Assembly (NCBI GenBank): GCA_963666485.2 | Contig: CAXXUO010000001.1 | Location: 32,001 to 96,000 of the forward strand | Source: Syntrophorhabdaceae bacterium | Lineage (GTDB): Bacteria; Desulfobacterota; Syntrophorhabdia; Syntrophorhabdales; Syntrophorhabdaceae | Length of the DNA: 64,000 bases | Direction: 5' to 3' | Shown here: one piece after another, positions 40,251 to 49,166 of the stretch | How the letters are laid out: each line of letters opens with the position of its first letter | How positions within the stretch are numbered: position 1 is the stretch's first letter | Program-made: the position numbers and the translations under genes | Notes under the pieces: model-generated | Database searches by the model: none | What the model saw: only the letters and a program-made list of their open reading frames with translations | Told to the model about the DNA's origin: nothing

Positions 40251-40640
40251 ATGCAGACACATGACGATAACGGGACCGATACCCGGCTCTCCATGATCGA
40301 GTTCGTCAGAACCTTCGACCCGGAGGGAGCCGAGAAACTCGAGAGGCTCCTTAAGAAACAGGACATCCTCATGAAAGGAAATGTCTACGGAGAGAGATTT
40401 ACCGCGCTGCAGTTCTCTCTGGTTTTTGACCCGCTTCTCAGACGCGCCGTCGAGAGGTCGCATATCCTCGAAAACCTTGGCCGCGGGCCGGCTACGGTAC
40501 CCGAGCTTGCCCGGGCCCTCGACCTGAAGCCAAATACCGTCTTCGACCACATAAAAGAGCTCGTGCGGCGCGACCGCGTGGAAATTGCCGGGTACGACGA
40601 CCGCGACGCCCGGTACAGGAGGAAAGAGACTGATCGATAG
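40251..40640 (+). CDS. Small winged-helix protein within the hdr cluster
   Basis: KGNVYGE; ILENL..ATVPELARALDL..VFDHIKEL. Confidence 0.7.
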   Translation: MQTHDDNGTDTRLSMIEFVRTFDPEGAEKLERLLKKQDILMKGNVYGERFTALQFSLVFDPLLRRAVERSHILENLGRGPATVPELARALDLKPNTVFDHIKELVRRDRVEIAGYDDRDARYRRKETDR

Positions 40641-43600
40641 CGGCAGCAACAATGCGCCCGGCCAATCAGGGGCCATCCTCATCATAGGCGCGGGCATTGC
40701 GGGCATGGAGGCAGCGCTCAATTGCGTGGGGGCCGGGTTCAAGGTCTATCTCGCAGACCGCAAACCGAACATAGGCGGGAATATGGCGCAGCTCGACAAG
40801 ATATTCCCGACGAACGACTGCTCCATGTGTGTTATGGCGCCCAAGCTCGTGGAGGTGGGCAAGAACCCGAATATCGAGCTTCTCATGAACTCTGAGGTCT
40901 TTCGCCTCGAAGGGGAACCGGGACATTTCAGGGCCACCTTGAGGACCCGGCCGAGGCGCGTCGTCCCCGAGCGCTGTACATCGTGTACATCGTGCTCGGC
41001 CGCATGCCCGCTCGAGGTCGGCAACGTGTACAATGAGGAGATGTCGCTCCGCAGCGCCGCATTCATCAATTTCCCCCAGGCCATACCGTCGACGTACATG
41101 ATAGACAGGCAGCTGTCGCCCTGCATATATACCTGCCCGATCAACCTCAACGCCCGCGACTATATCGGTCTCATCGCTGAAGGGAAGTTCTTCGAGGCGC
41201 TGGACCTCGTGCGGGACAAGCTCCCCTTCCCCGGCATTATCGGCAGGATATGCGCTCACCCCTGTGAAAATGCCTGCCTGAGAGGGAAAGAGGTCGATCA
41301 GCCCATCGCTATATGCGCACTTAAGCGTTTTCTCGCGGACTACGAGATCGGGAGGCGCGAACCCCTCCTTCCGGCAATTGCACCGGAAAAGAACAAAACG
41401 GCCGCGGTGATCGGCGCAGGCCCTGCGGGCCTCACATGCGCGGTCGAACTGCGCAAGGCAGGTTACCGGGTGACCATATTCGACGCAAATGAACAGCCCG
41501 GCGGGATGCTGTATGCCGGGGTGCCCGCCTACCGGCTGCCCCGCGATGTCCTTGCCCGCGAGTTTTCCCTGGCCGGGCGAATGGGCGTCGAGCTCAGGAT
41601 GAACACCCGCATCGGGCGCGACGTTCCGCTTGCCGACGTTCTCGATTCCTTCGACTCCGCCTTTATCGCCTCCGGGGCGCACGGGCGCAGGAAGCTCGGA
41701 CTTTTGAACGAGGACGCACACGGAGTGTTGAGCGCCCTCGATTTTCTCAAGGACATCAACACCGGCAAGGACGTGACTCTCGGGAAACGGGCCTTCGTCG
41801 TCGGCGGGGGAAACGTCGCGATGGACACGGCGATAACCCTGCGGAGGCTCGGCGTGCCGGACGTCCACATCGTGGCCCTCGAAAAATGGGAGGACATGCC
41901 GGCCCATCGCTGGGAGATAGACCAGGCCATAGAGGAGAGCATCGTATTCCATAATGCCTGGGGCCCTTTGACGATCCTCGCCCGCGACGGGCGCGTGACC
42001 GGGATGGAGCTCGCGCGGTGCACGCGGGTCTTCAACAGCAAAGGCGCCTTCGATCCCGTGTACGATACATCGAACACGGTGACCTTCGACATGGACATGC
42101 TGATCCTGGTCATATACGAGACGATCGACACCGCGTACCTCTCGGCATCCCCGACGATCGAGCGGCACGAGGACGGCCGGGTCAAGGTCGATCCCGTATC
42201 GCTCGAAACAACACACACAGGGGTCTTCGCAGGAGGAAACGCGGTGACGGGGCCGAGAAGCGCGATCGATGCGATGGCGCAGGGCAAGCGGGCCGCCGAA
42301 TCAATGGTCCGCTTCCTCGAAGGGCGCGACCTTCTCGAAGGGCGCCTTGCAGAAGACGACAAGATCCTCGACGAGGTGCCTTTTCCCGTTGAGCATGCCG
42401 TCAGGGCCAATATCCCCCGCACGGCGATAGCGGACCGCACGGGCTTCCTGGAAACGGTCGGGACGCTCGATGAAAAAAGCGCCGTGGAAGAGGCGAAAAG
42501 GTGCCTTTCCTGCCGCAGGTGCCTTGGCTGCGGGATATGCGAGGAATTCTGCAAGCCGGAAGCGATCGATTATAATGAGGGGCCGGCGGAAAGGGTCCTC
42601 GATATCGGCAGCATAATCATTGCGTGCGGTTTCGATGAGTTCGATTCGGCTGCAATGAAGGAATTCGGGTACCACGCCTTCGATAACGTGCTGAGCAGCG
42701 TCGACTACGAACGCGTCCTCTCTGCAACGGGGCCCACGGGGGCTCTGGTCATGAGGCCGTCCGACGGCAGGATACCGCGGAAGATCGCCTTCATCCAGTG
42801 CGTGGGAAGCAGGAACAAAGAGAACCCGTACTGCTCGTCAATCTGCTGCATGTTTGCCATGGAAGAGGCGATCATATCGAAAGAGCACCACCGCGACATC
42901 GAGCCCACCATCTTCTACATGGACACGCGGACATTCGGAAAGGGATACGACGAGCACTATGAACGGGCGCGGTCGGAGTACGGCGTCCGTTACATACGGT
43001 CTGCGATCTCCAAGATCTACGAAGATCCCGGCACGAAGGACCTCGACATAACCTACACGAGTCCTGACGGGGCCCTTGTCACCGAGACTTTCGATCTCGT
43101 CGTCCTTGCGGTCGGCCTTCGTCCCTCGAAGCAGCTCGGCGGGCTCACACGCATCATGAGCGTGGAATCGAACGATTACGGTTTTGTCGGCACGGAGCCC
43201 TTAACGCCGCTTGCCGCCTCGCGCCCGGGGATCTACGTCTGCGGAGGTTCCGCCGCACCGCGCGACATATCGGAGACGGTCGTCGAGGGATCGGCCGCGG
43301 CATGCCAGGCCGCATCGCCTCTTTCCGGCGAGCGCTGGAAAAATATCACGGTGCCGTCGCTGCCCGACGAACGGGACATCACGGGACAGGACCCGAGGAT
43401 CGGGGTCTTCATCTGCAATTGCGGCGTCAATATCGGCGGGATCGTCGATGTCCCGGCAGTCAGGGATTATGCAAGTGAACTGCCCGATGTCGCGTTTGCC
43501 GAGCAATTCCTCTTCACGTGCTCACAGGACACGCAGGAGAAGATAAAGAACATCATCCATGAGCAGAAGCTCAACCGCGTCATCGTGGCTTCCTGCTCGA

Positions 43601-45102
43601 CACGGACACATGAACCGATATTCCGCTCTCTCATCCGGGACGCGGGGCTCAACAAGTATCTTTTCGAGATGGCGAACATCAGGGACCAGTGCTCATGGGT
43701 CCACATGCATGACAGGAACGAGGCAACCCTGAAGGCGAAGGACCTCGTCCGGATGGCCGTCGCGAATGCGCATCACATAGAGCCGCTCGTCGAGAAGACA
43801 CTGCCGGTCGAAAAGTCTGCGCTCGTGGTCGGCGGCGGGATCGCGGGAATGACGGCGGCCCTGAGCATTGCAGACCAGGGATTTCCCGTGCATCTTGTCG
43901 AGAAGGAGGGACGGCTCGGCGGCAACCTCAATAATATCTTCACGATCGTGGACGCCGTCGATGTGCAGGAGTTTCTCGGGGACACCATCCGGAAGGTAAC
44001 CTCGCACATGAACATTAAAGTCCACATGGATACGGAGGTCATAGGTTCCGGGGGATTCCGGGGAAACTTCCAGACCGAGGTCATGACCAGAGGCCGGTCG
44101 GCGCCGGAAGAGATCAGGCACGCGGTCACGATACTTGCAACCGGTGCATCGGAGATGAAACCCGACGGCCTCTATCTCTACGGCAAGGATGACCGGGTGA
44201 TGACGCAGCTTCAGCTTGAAGCGGGCTTAACCGCCGGTACACTTCCCGAACCGGGTGTCTGCGTGATGATCCAGTGCGTCGGTTCGCGCAGCGAACAGAG
44301 GCAGTACTGCAGCCGGGTCTGCTGCATCACCGCGATCAAGAACGCAATGACGATGAAACTCAGATGGCCGGACACGCAGATCATTATCATGTTCCGCGAC
44401 ATGATGAGCTACGGCTTTTCCGAGAAATATTACAAGGCGGCGCGCCATATGGGCATACGCTTCCTCCGCTTTTCCGATGACAACCCGCCTGCCGTAGAGA
44501 AAAGGGACGACAGGGTCCAGGTGCGCTGTTTCGATACGGCATTGCGTGAAACGGCTGAATTCCGTGCGGACAGGGTTGTGCTCTCGAGTGCCGTGGTGCC
44601 GAACGACACGGCCGGCCTTGCAGGCATATTCAAGCTTCCCCGGACCCGCGACGGGTTCTTTCACGAAGCGCATATGAAGCTGAAGCCGATCGATTTCGCA
44701 ACCGACGGGTTTTACATGGCAGGAACGTGCCACGCGCCGAAAAATATCAGCGAGACGATAGTGCAGGCTTTAGGCGCGGCAGGCAGGGCGCTGACAACCC
44801 TCGCCAGGGACTCGATAACCGTTGATGCCATGATTGCAAGGGTAGATGCCGACGCATGTGCAGCATGCCTGACCTGCGTGAGGACATGCCCGTTCGGCGT
44901 GCCTTTCATAAATGACGAAGGAAGCGCGGAGATAGACGCGAGCAAATGCAAGGGCTGCGGCACGTGCGCAGCCGAATGTCCCGCGAAAGCGATAGATTTA
45001 ATGCATTCAAGGGATGTGCAGATATTGGCGAAGGTAAAAGTGGCGGTGCGGAAGCAAAATATTGACGTCATCCCGGCGAAGGCCGGGATCCAGGAAAAAT
45101 GA
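40585..45102 (+). CDS. hdrA: Large HdrA/HdrL: duplicated HdrA modules with an inserted GltD-like pyridine-nucleotide module (start uncertain)
   Basis: GAGIAG, FPTNDCSMC, GRICAHPCE, GAGPAG, GGGNVA, IQCVGSR x2, ANIRDQCSWVH, GGGIAG, C-terminal 2x[4Fe-4S]. Confidence 0.92.
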   Translation: MPGTTTATPGTGGKRLIDSGSNNAPGQSGAILIIGAGIAGMEAALNCVGAGFKVYLADRKPNIGGNMAQLDKIFPTNDCSMCVMAPKLVEVGKNPNIELLMNSEVFRLEGEPGHFRATLRTRPRRVVPERCTSCTSCSAACPLEVGNVYNEEMSLRSAAFINFPQAIPSTYMIDRQLSPCIYTCPINLNARDYIGLIAEGKFFEALDLVRDKLPFPGIIGRICAHPCENACLRGKEVDQPIAICALKRFLADYEIGRREPLLPAIAPEKNKTAAVIGAGPAGLTCAVELRKAGYRVTIFDANEQPGGMLYAGVPAYRLPRDVLAREFSLAGRMGVELRMNTRIGRDVPLADVLDSFDSAFIASGAHGRRKLGLLNEDAHGVLSALDFLKDINTGKDVTLGKRAFVVGGGNVAMDTAITLRRLGVPDVHIVALEKWEDMPAHRWEIDQAIEESIVFHNAWGPLTILARDGRVTGMELARCTRVFNSKGAFDPVYDTSNTVTFDMDMLILVIYETIDTAYLSASPTIERHEDGRVKVDPVSLETTHTGVFAGGNAVTGPRSAIDAMAQGKRAAESMVRFLEGRDLLEGRLAEDDKILDEVPFPVEHAVRANIPRTAIADRTGFLETVGTLDEKSAVEEAKRCLSCRRCLGCGICEEFCKPEAIDYNEGPAERVLDIGSIIIACGFDEFDSAAMKEFGYHAFDNVLSSVDYERVLSATGPTGALVMRPSDGRIPRKIAFIQCVGSRNKENPYCSSICCMFAMEEAIISKEHHRDIEPTIFYMDTRTFGKGYDEHYERARSEYGVRYIRSAISKIYEDPGTKDLDITYTSPDGALVTETFDLVVLAVGLRPSKQLGGLTRIMSVESNDYGFVGTEPLTPLAASRPGIYVCGGSAAPRDISETVVEGSAAACQAASPLSGERWKNITVPSLPDERDITGQDPRIGVFICNCGVNIGGIVDVPAVRDYASELPDVAFAEQFLFTCSQDTQEKIKNIIHEQKLNRVIVASCSTRTHEPIFRSLIRDAGLNKYLFEMANIRDQCSWVHMHDRNEATLKAKDLVRMAVANAHHIEPLVEKTLPVEKSALVVGGGIAGMTAALSIADQGFPVHLVEKEGRLGGNLNNIFTIVDAVDVQEFLGDTIRKVTSHMNIKVHMDTEVIGSGGFRGNFQTEVMTRGRSAPEEIRHAVTILATGASEMKPDGLYLYGKDDRVMTQLQLEAGLTAGTLPEPGVCVMIQCVGSRSEQRQYCSRVCCITAIKNAMTMKLRWPDTQIIIMFRDMMSYGFSEKYYKAARHMGIRFLRFSDDNPPAVEKRDDRVQVRCFDTALRETAEFRADRVVLSSAVVPNDTAGLAGIFKLPRTRDGFFHEAHMKLKPIDFATDGFYMAGTCHAPKNISETIVQALGAAGRALTTLARDSITVDAMIARVDADACAACLTCVRTCPFGVPFINDEGSAEIDASKCKGCGTCAAECPAKAIDLMHSRDVQILAKVKVAVRKQNIDVIPAKAGIQEK
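45066..45093. repeat. Left CGTC-type palindrome flanking the GIY-YIG gene
   Basis: cgtcatcccggcgaaggccgggatccag; 26/28 to the reverse complement of 45418-45445. Confidence 0.88.
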
Positions 45103-45398
45103 TGAGTAGCAAACAACCATCTGTATACATACTGGCAAGTGGAAAAAATGGGACTCTTTATATTGGCGTAACATCCGATTTAATTAAACGGGTCTGGGAA
45201 CATAAAAATGATGTAGTCGAAGGCTTCACAAAAAAATATCAGGTACATTATCTTGTCCGGTATGAAGTGCACGACAATATGGAATCTGCAATTTCGCGTG
45301 AAAAAGCGATAAAAGAATGGAAAAGACTTTGGAAACTGAGAATCATCGAAAAAGACAATCCGAAATGGAGAGATTTGTACGAGAAATTGTTAGGTTAA
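45099..45398 (+). CDS. Small GIY-YIG endonuclease (YhbQ/UPF0213-like)
   Basis: VYILAS..GTLYIGVTSDLIKRVWEHK, AISREKAIKEWKR.WK, NPKWRDL; visibly AT-rich. Confidence 0.92.
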   Translation: MMSSKQPSVYILASGKNGTLYIGVTSDLIKRVWEHKNDVVEGFTKKYQVHYLVRYEVHDNMESAISREKAIKEWKRLWKLRIIEKDNPKWRDLYEKLLG

Positions 45399-45655
45399 GA
45401 GGTAAATTACGGTTTTACTGGATTCCGGCCTTCGCCGGAATGACGTTGGTGGAGGCAATCCGGGATGGAGAGATTTGTACGAGAAATTGTTAGGTTAAGA
45501 GGTAAATTACGGTTTTACTGGATTCCGGCCTTCGCCGGAATGACGTTGGTGGAGGCAATCCGGAATGGAGAGATTTGTACGAGAAATTGTTAGGCTTATA
45601 GGTAAATTACGGTTTTACTGGATTCCGGCCTTCGCCGGAATGACGTCGGTGGAGA
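45356..45655 (+). repeat. Three tandem 100-bp units (GIY-YIG 3' end plus palindrome)
   Basis: Units start at 45356, 45456 and 45556; each holds ctggattccggccttcgccggaatgacg. Confidence 0.92.
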
Positions 45656-45688
45656 CTGCCGGAATGACATTGGTGGAGGGTTGTTGAG

Positions 45689-46111
45689 TTGGATAATTTT
45701 ACACCCCAGATAATCGCTTTTTGTTGCGAATACTGAGGGTACTCTGCGGCGGACCTGGCAGGTTCGATGAGGCTTTCCTATCCGGCATCGGTGAAGATCA
45801 TTAAGGTGCCGTGCACGGGCAGGGTAGATACGATCCATATACTCGAGGCCTTCGAAAACGGGGCGGACGGGGTGTGCCTCGTGGGGTGCCTCGAAGGCGA
45901 CTGCCATTTCATCGCGGGGAACATCCGGGCGGGAAAACGCGTTGAGTATGCGAGGGCCCTTCTCGATGAAACGGGCGTGGGAGCCGGGCGCCTCGCAATG
46001 TACAACCTTTCCGCATCCGACGGCCGCAAATTCGCCCGGGTGATGCGGGAAATGACGGAGAAGATACGGGAGATGGGGGAAAGTCCCATAAAAGCGGGCG
46101 ATAGGCGATAG
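45689..46111 (+). CDS. mvhD: MvhD/FlxD [2Fe-2S] protein, probable selenoprotein (UGA at 45734)
   Basis: TTG start after GGAGG; MDNFTPQIIAFCCEY-U-GYSAADLAGSMRLSYP..VPCTGR..GADG..GCLEGDCHF; hairpin 45750-45766. Confidence 0.88.
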
Positions 46112-46188
46112 GCGATGGGCGATAGGAAAGATACTGACCGGATCTTTCACTGCGAAGCCCATTGCCCATTGCCCATTTCCCATTGCCT
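46096..46188. repeat. Inverted heptamer repeats ([a/g]ggcgat)n...(cccattg)n
   Basis: Overlaps the mvhD stop codon and abuts the metV RBS. Confidence 0.8.
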
Positions 46189-46199
46189 GGAGGTATTTT

Positions 46200-46868
46200 A
46201 TGATCGTTGCCGATAGAAAACCCTTTGACGAGATCATGCAAATGATCGCGCCCTATGAAAAAATACTGCTCCTGGGGTGCAATGAGTGCGTGACTGTCTG
46301 CGCGGTGGGCGGGACGAAAGAGACGGCCCTGCTTGCATCGCAGATACGGATGAAACGGCAGGTCGAAGGACGCGGGGTGATTGTCGGGGAGAAAACCCTG
46401 GAGCGGCAGTGCGACCCGGAATATGCGGACACGCTCGCCGGTTCCGTGGAAGAGTATGACGCGGTCCTGTCGCTCGCCTGCGGGTGCGGCGTTCAGTTCA
46501 TTTCCGAGAGATATCCCGGCAGACCGGTCCTCCCGGCGGTCAATACCCGGTTCATGGGGGTGACGGAACAGGCAGGGGTCTGGGCGGAGCGGTGCCAGGG
46601 GTGCGGCAATTGCGTTCTCGACAAGACGTACGGGATATGCCCTGTTGCCCGGTGTGCGAAGAGCATCATGAATGGCCCGTGCGGCGGTTCTCACGGCGGT
46701 GCCTGTGAAGTGAACGACGACCTTCCGTGCGCGTGGCAGCTCATTATCGACCGGCTGAAGGCGCTAGGATCGCTCGATGCATACAGTGAAATTGAAAAAC
46801 CCCGCGACTGGTCGACGTCCCGCGACGGCGGGCCTCGCAGGAGAGTAAGGGAGGACATGACATTATGA
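46200..46868 (+). CDS. metV: Methylene-THF reductase small Cys-rich subunit MetV
   Basis: GCNECVTVC, RQCD, LACGCG, CQGCGNC, CPVARCAKS..NGPCGG, CAW. Confidence 0.9.
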   Translation: MIVADRKPFDEIMQMIAPYEKILLLGCNECVTVCAVGGTKETALLASQIRMKRQVEGRGVIVGEKTLERQCDPEYADTLAGSVEEYDAVLSLACGCGVQFISERYPGRPVLPAVNTRFMGVTEQAGVWAERCQGCGNCVLDKTYGICPVARCAKSIMNGPCGGSHGGACEVNDDLPCAWQLIIDRLKALGSLDAYSEIEKPRDWSTSRDGGPRRRVREDMTL

Positions 46869-47791
46869 CGCCGGCAGGCAATCTCAAAAGGGTCCTCGCG
46901 CAGGGAAATTTTGCGGTAACGGCAGAGTGCGGTCCCCCGCGCGGCGCCGACCCGGATGTCATAGCGAGAAAAGGCGACCTCCTTAAAGGGTATGTCGATG
47001 CCGTGAATGTCACAGACAACCAGACTGCGGTGGTACGCATGTCGAGCCTGGCGTCGTGCGTGATCTTGAAGAATATGGGCCTTGACCCGGTCCTCCAGAT
47101 GACGGTCAGGGACCGCAACCGCATAGCACTGCAGAGTGACGTGCTGGGAGCGGCGGCCCTCGGCATCAAGAATATTCTCTGCCTGACAGGCGACCACCAG
47201 TCGTTCGGGGACCATCCCGGCGCGAAGAACGTGCACGATATCGATTCGGTCCAGCTGATCGACACGGTGCGCATGATGCGCGACGAAGGAAAATTCTTAA
47301 GCGGCCAGGAGGTAAAAGGAAAACCGGACGTTTTCATCGGCTGCGTCGAAAACCCTTTCGCGGACCCCTTCGAGATCCGGGCCATGCGGGTCGCAAAAAA
47401 GGTAAAGGCAGGGGCCCAGTTCGTTCAAACGCAATGTGTCTTCAATGTCGAAAAATTTGCACGCTGGATGGAAATGGTCCGGGAACTCGGGGCACATGAA
47501 AGGGCGCACATCCTGGCCGGGATCACACCAATGAAATCACCGGGCATGGCCCGCTACATGAAGAATTCCGTACCCGGCATGGACGTGCCCGACGGCCTCA
47601 TAGAGCGAATCGCATCGGTCCCCAAAGAAAAATACCGCGACGAAGGTCTCGCGATATGTCTCGAGACGATCGACGCGGTAAGGAATATCGAGGGCATAGC
47701 GGGCGTTCACATCATGGCCATAGAATGGGAGGACATAGTCCCCGCGATCGTGAAAGAGGCCGGCCTCTTCCCGCGCCCGGTACCCGCTTAA
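46865..47791 (+). CDS. metF: Methylenetetrahydrofolate reductase MetF
   Basis: VTAECGPP, NVTDNQ, RDRNRIALQS, CLTGDH, GAQFVQTQ, GVHIM. Confidence 0.92.
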   Translation: MTPAGNLKRVLAQGNFAVTAECGPPRGADPDVIARKGDLLKGYVDAVNVTDNQTAVVRMSSLASCVILKNMGLDPVLQMTVRDRNRIALQSDVLGAAALGIKNILCLTGDHQSFGDHPGAKNVHDIDSVQLIDTVRMMRDEGKFLSGQEVKGKPDVFIGCVENPFADPFEIRAMRVAKKVKAGAQFVQTQCVFNVEKFARWMEMVRELGAHERAHILAGITPMKSPGMARYMKNSVPGMDVPDGLIERIASVPKEKYRDEGLAICLETIDAVRNIEGIAGVHIMAIEWEDIVPAIVKEAGLFPRPVPA

Positions 47792-47794
47792 GGT

Positions 47795-48274
47795 CTACTT
47801 CTCGTCCGCCATGAGGTCCTTGAAGAAATTCACCTTCCATGTCCCATCCTGCTTGAACATGCCGAAATCCTTCGGATCGTTCTGGACCTCTATGGTGACG
47901 ATCGCAGTTGTGTCGGTTTTCTTTTTGACCGTGAATTTTCCCTTGCCGTATATCTCGTCAAGAAGTTCCTTGATGCTTTCCTGAAATGCGGTGAAGTATT
48001 TATCCCTGAGCCCGTTCTCGTTCGTGTTCAGCATCCCGAGCACCTTGTCGGTCGGGGCGTTCGCTTCCTTCGCAATGAGCTCGGCAATGGTGAGCCTGCT
48101 TTCGTTCGCGAGGTTATCCCATGCCTTTGTAAAATCCTTGTCAATGAGCAGCTTGAAATAGCTCTTGTATATGGCGGCGAGATCATCCGTTTTGTTCTGT
48201 GCATATGCCGGGACTGACACCATGCATATGAGCATGATGCATACGATAAAATAAGCAAGACGGGACCTTTTCAT
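47795..48274 (-). CDS. Secreted hypothetical protein (NTF2/DUF4878-like)
   Basis: Signal peptide MKRSR..AYA|Q; KQDGTWKV. Confidence 0.65.
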   Translation of the reverse strand: MKRSRLAYFIVCIMLICMVSVPAYAQNKTDDLAAIYKSYFKLLIDKDFTKAWDNLANESRLTIAELIAKEANAPTDKVLGMLNTNENGLRDKYFTAFQESIKELLDEIYGKGKFTVKKKTDTTAIVTIEVQNDPKDFGMFKQDGTWKVNFFKDLMADEK

Positions 48275-48352
48275 TGTGTCTCCCTTTTTGTTTGGATTGG
48301 TTGCCATGGGCTATTCTAACCTATTCCTTCGCGGGGGACAAGACGCTGTGAC

Positions 48353-49156
48353 CTAAAGATCCCCCGGCGAAAGATTTTTTTCGATAGCGCGGTACATGGC
48401 GACAAAGGAGGCGGGTTCCAGTTCTTCAGCCCGTACCGAGCGGGGAAATCTCATCCGTTCGTAAAGCTCGTCTATCTGCGCATCCGTGTAATTGTCTTTC
48501 AGGGCATTGCGCATGAATTTTCGCTTATGGCCGAATGCCGCACGCACAAAAGAGATGAGGTCCTTGTCGACATACCCGGCATCATCCCTGAAATGCATCG
48601 AAAAATAGACGCTGTCCACCTTGGGGGGCGGGATAAAGATGTGGGCCTTGATGCGCATGAGCAATTTTACCCCGGCAACAAGCTGGCAGACCACGGACAG
48701 CGACCCGTACGCCCGCGACCCCGGCTGTGCGGTTATACGGTCCCCGATCTCCTTCTGCACGGTAAGGAAGGCGCTTTCGACGCATGCCCGCTCCTCTATC
48801 AGCTTGAAGATGATGGGGCCGGTGATGCCATAGGGTATGTTCCCCATCACCTTGATCTTCCGGCCCGCCGCAAAAGAGGCAAGGTCGACAGCCATTATAT
48901 CGCGGGCGACAACCTCGATATTCTTCTTCTCCCGCCCCTCCCCGGAGGCGAGAAGCTCAAGGTACGGCACCATGTCGCGATCGAGCTCTACGGCGATGAC
49001 CTTGCATGCGCATTGTGCTATCGCGCGCGTCAGGTCGCCCCTCCCTGCACCTACCTCGACGACCGTGTCGTCGCCCGAGATCTCCGCAAGAGACACCATC
49101 TTGCGGAGAATGTTGCCGTCTTTGATGAGATTCTGGGAAAAGCTCTTCTTCAGCAT
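48353..49156 (-). CDS. rsmA: 16S rRNA dimethyltransferase RsmA/KsgA
   Basis: SQNL, EVGAGRG, GNIPYGIT, VQKE, PPPKVDS, RAEEL. Confidence 0.93.
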   Translation of the reverse strand: MLKKSFSQNLIKDGNILRKMVSLAEISGDDTVVEVGAGRGDLTRAIAQCACKVIAVELDRDMVPYLELLASGEGREKKNIEVVARDIMAVDLASFAAGRKIKVMGNIPYGITGPIIFKLIEERACVESAFLTVQKEIGDRITAQPGSRAYGSLSVVCQLVAGVKLLMRIKAHIFIPPPKVDSVYFSMHFRDDAGYVDKDLISFVRAAFGHKRKFMRNALKDNYTDAQIDELYERMRFPRSVRAEELEPASFVAMYRAIEKNLSPGDL

Positions 49157-49166
49157 GGGGCCCGGG

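Noticed and set aside
45356..45655. CRISPR array
   Set aside because: Sequences between the palindromes are near-identical copies of the nuclease 3' end, not unique spacers; no cas genes.
45767..46111. mvhD starting at ATG 45767
   Set aside because: Would lack the N-terminal Cys motif; the upstream in-frame segment with UGA restores it.
45596..46237. Minus-strand 213-aa ORF and similar short ORFs over heptamer repeats (14318.., 57104..)
   Set aside because: Low-complexity translations of repeats plus antisense of mvhD.
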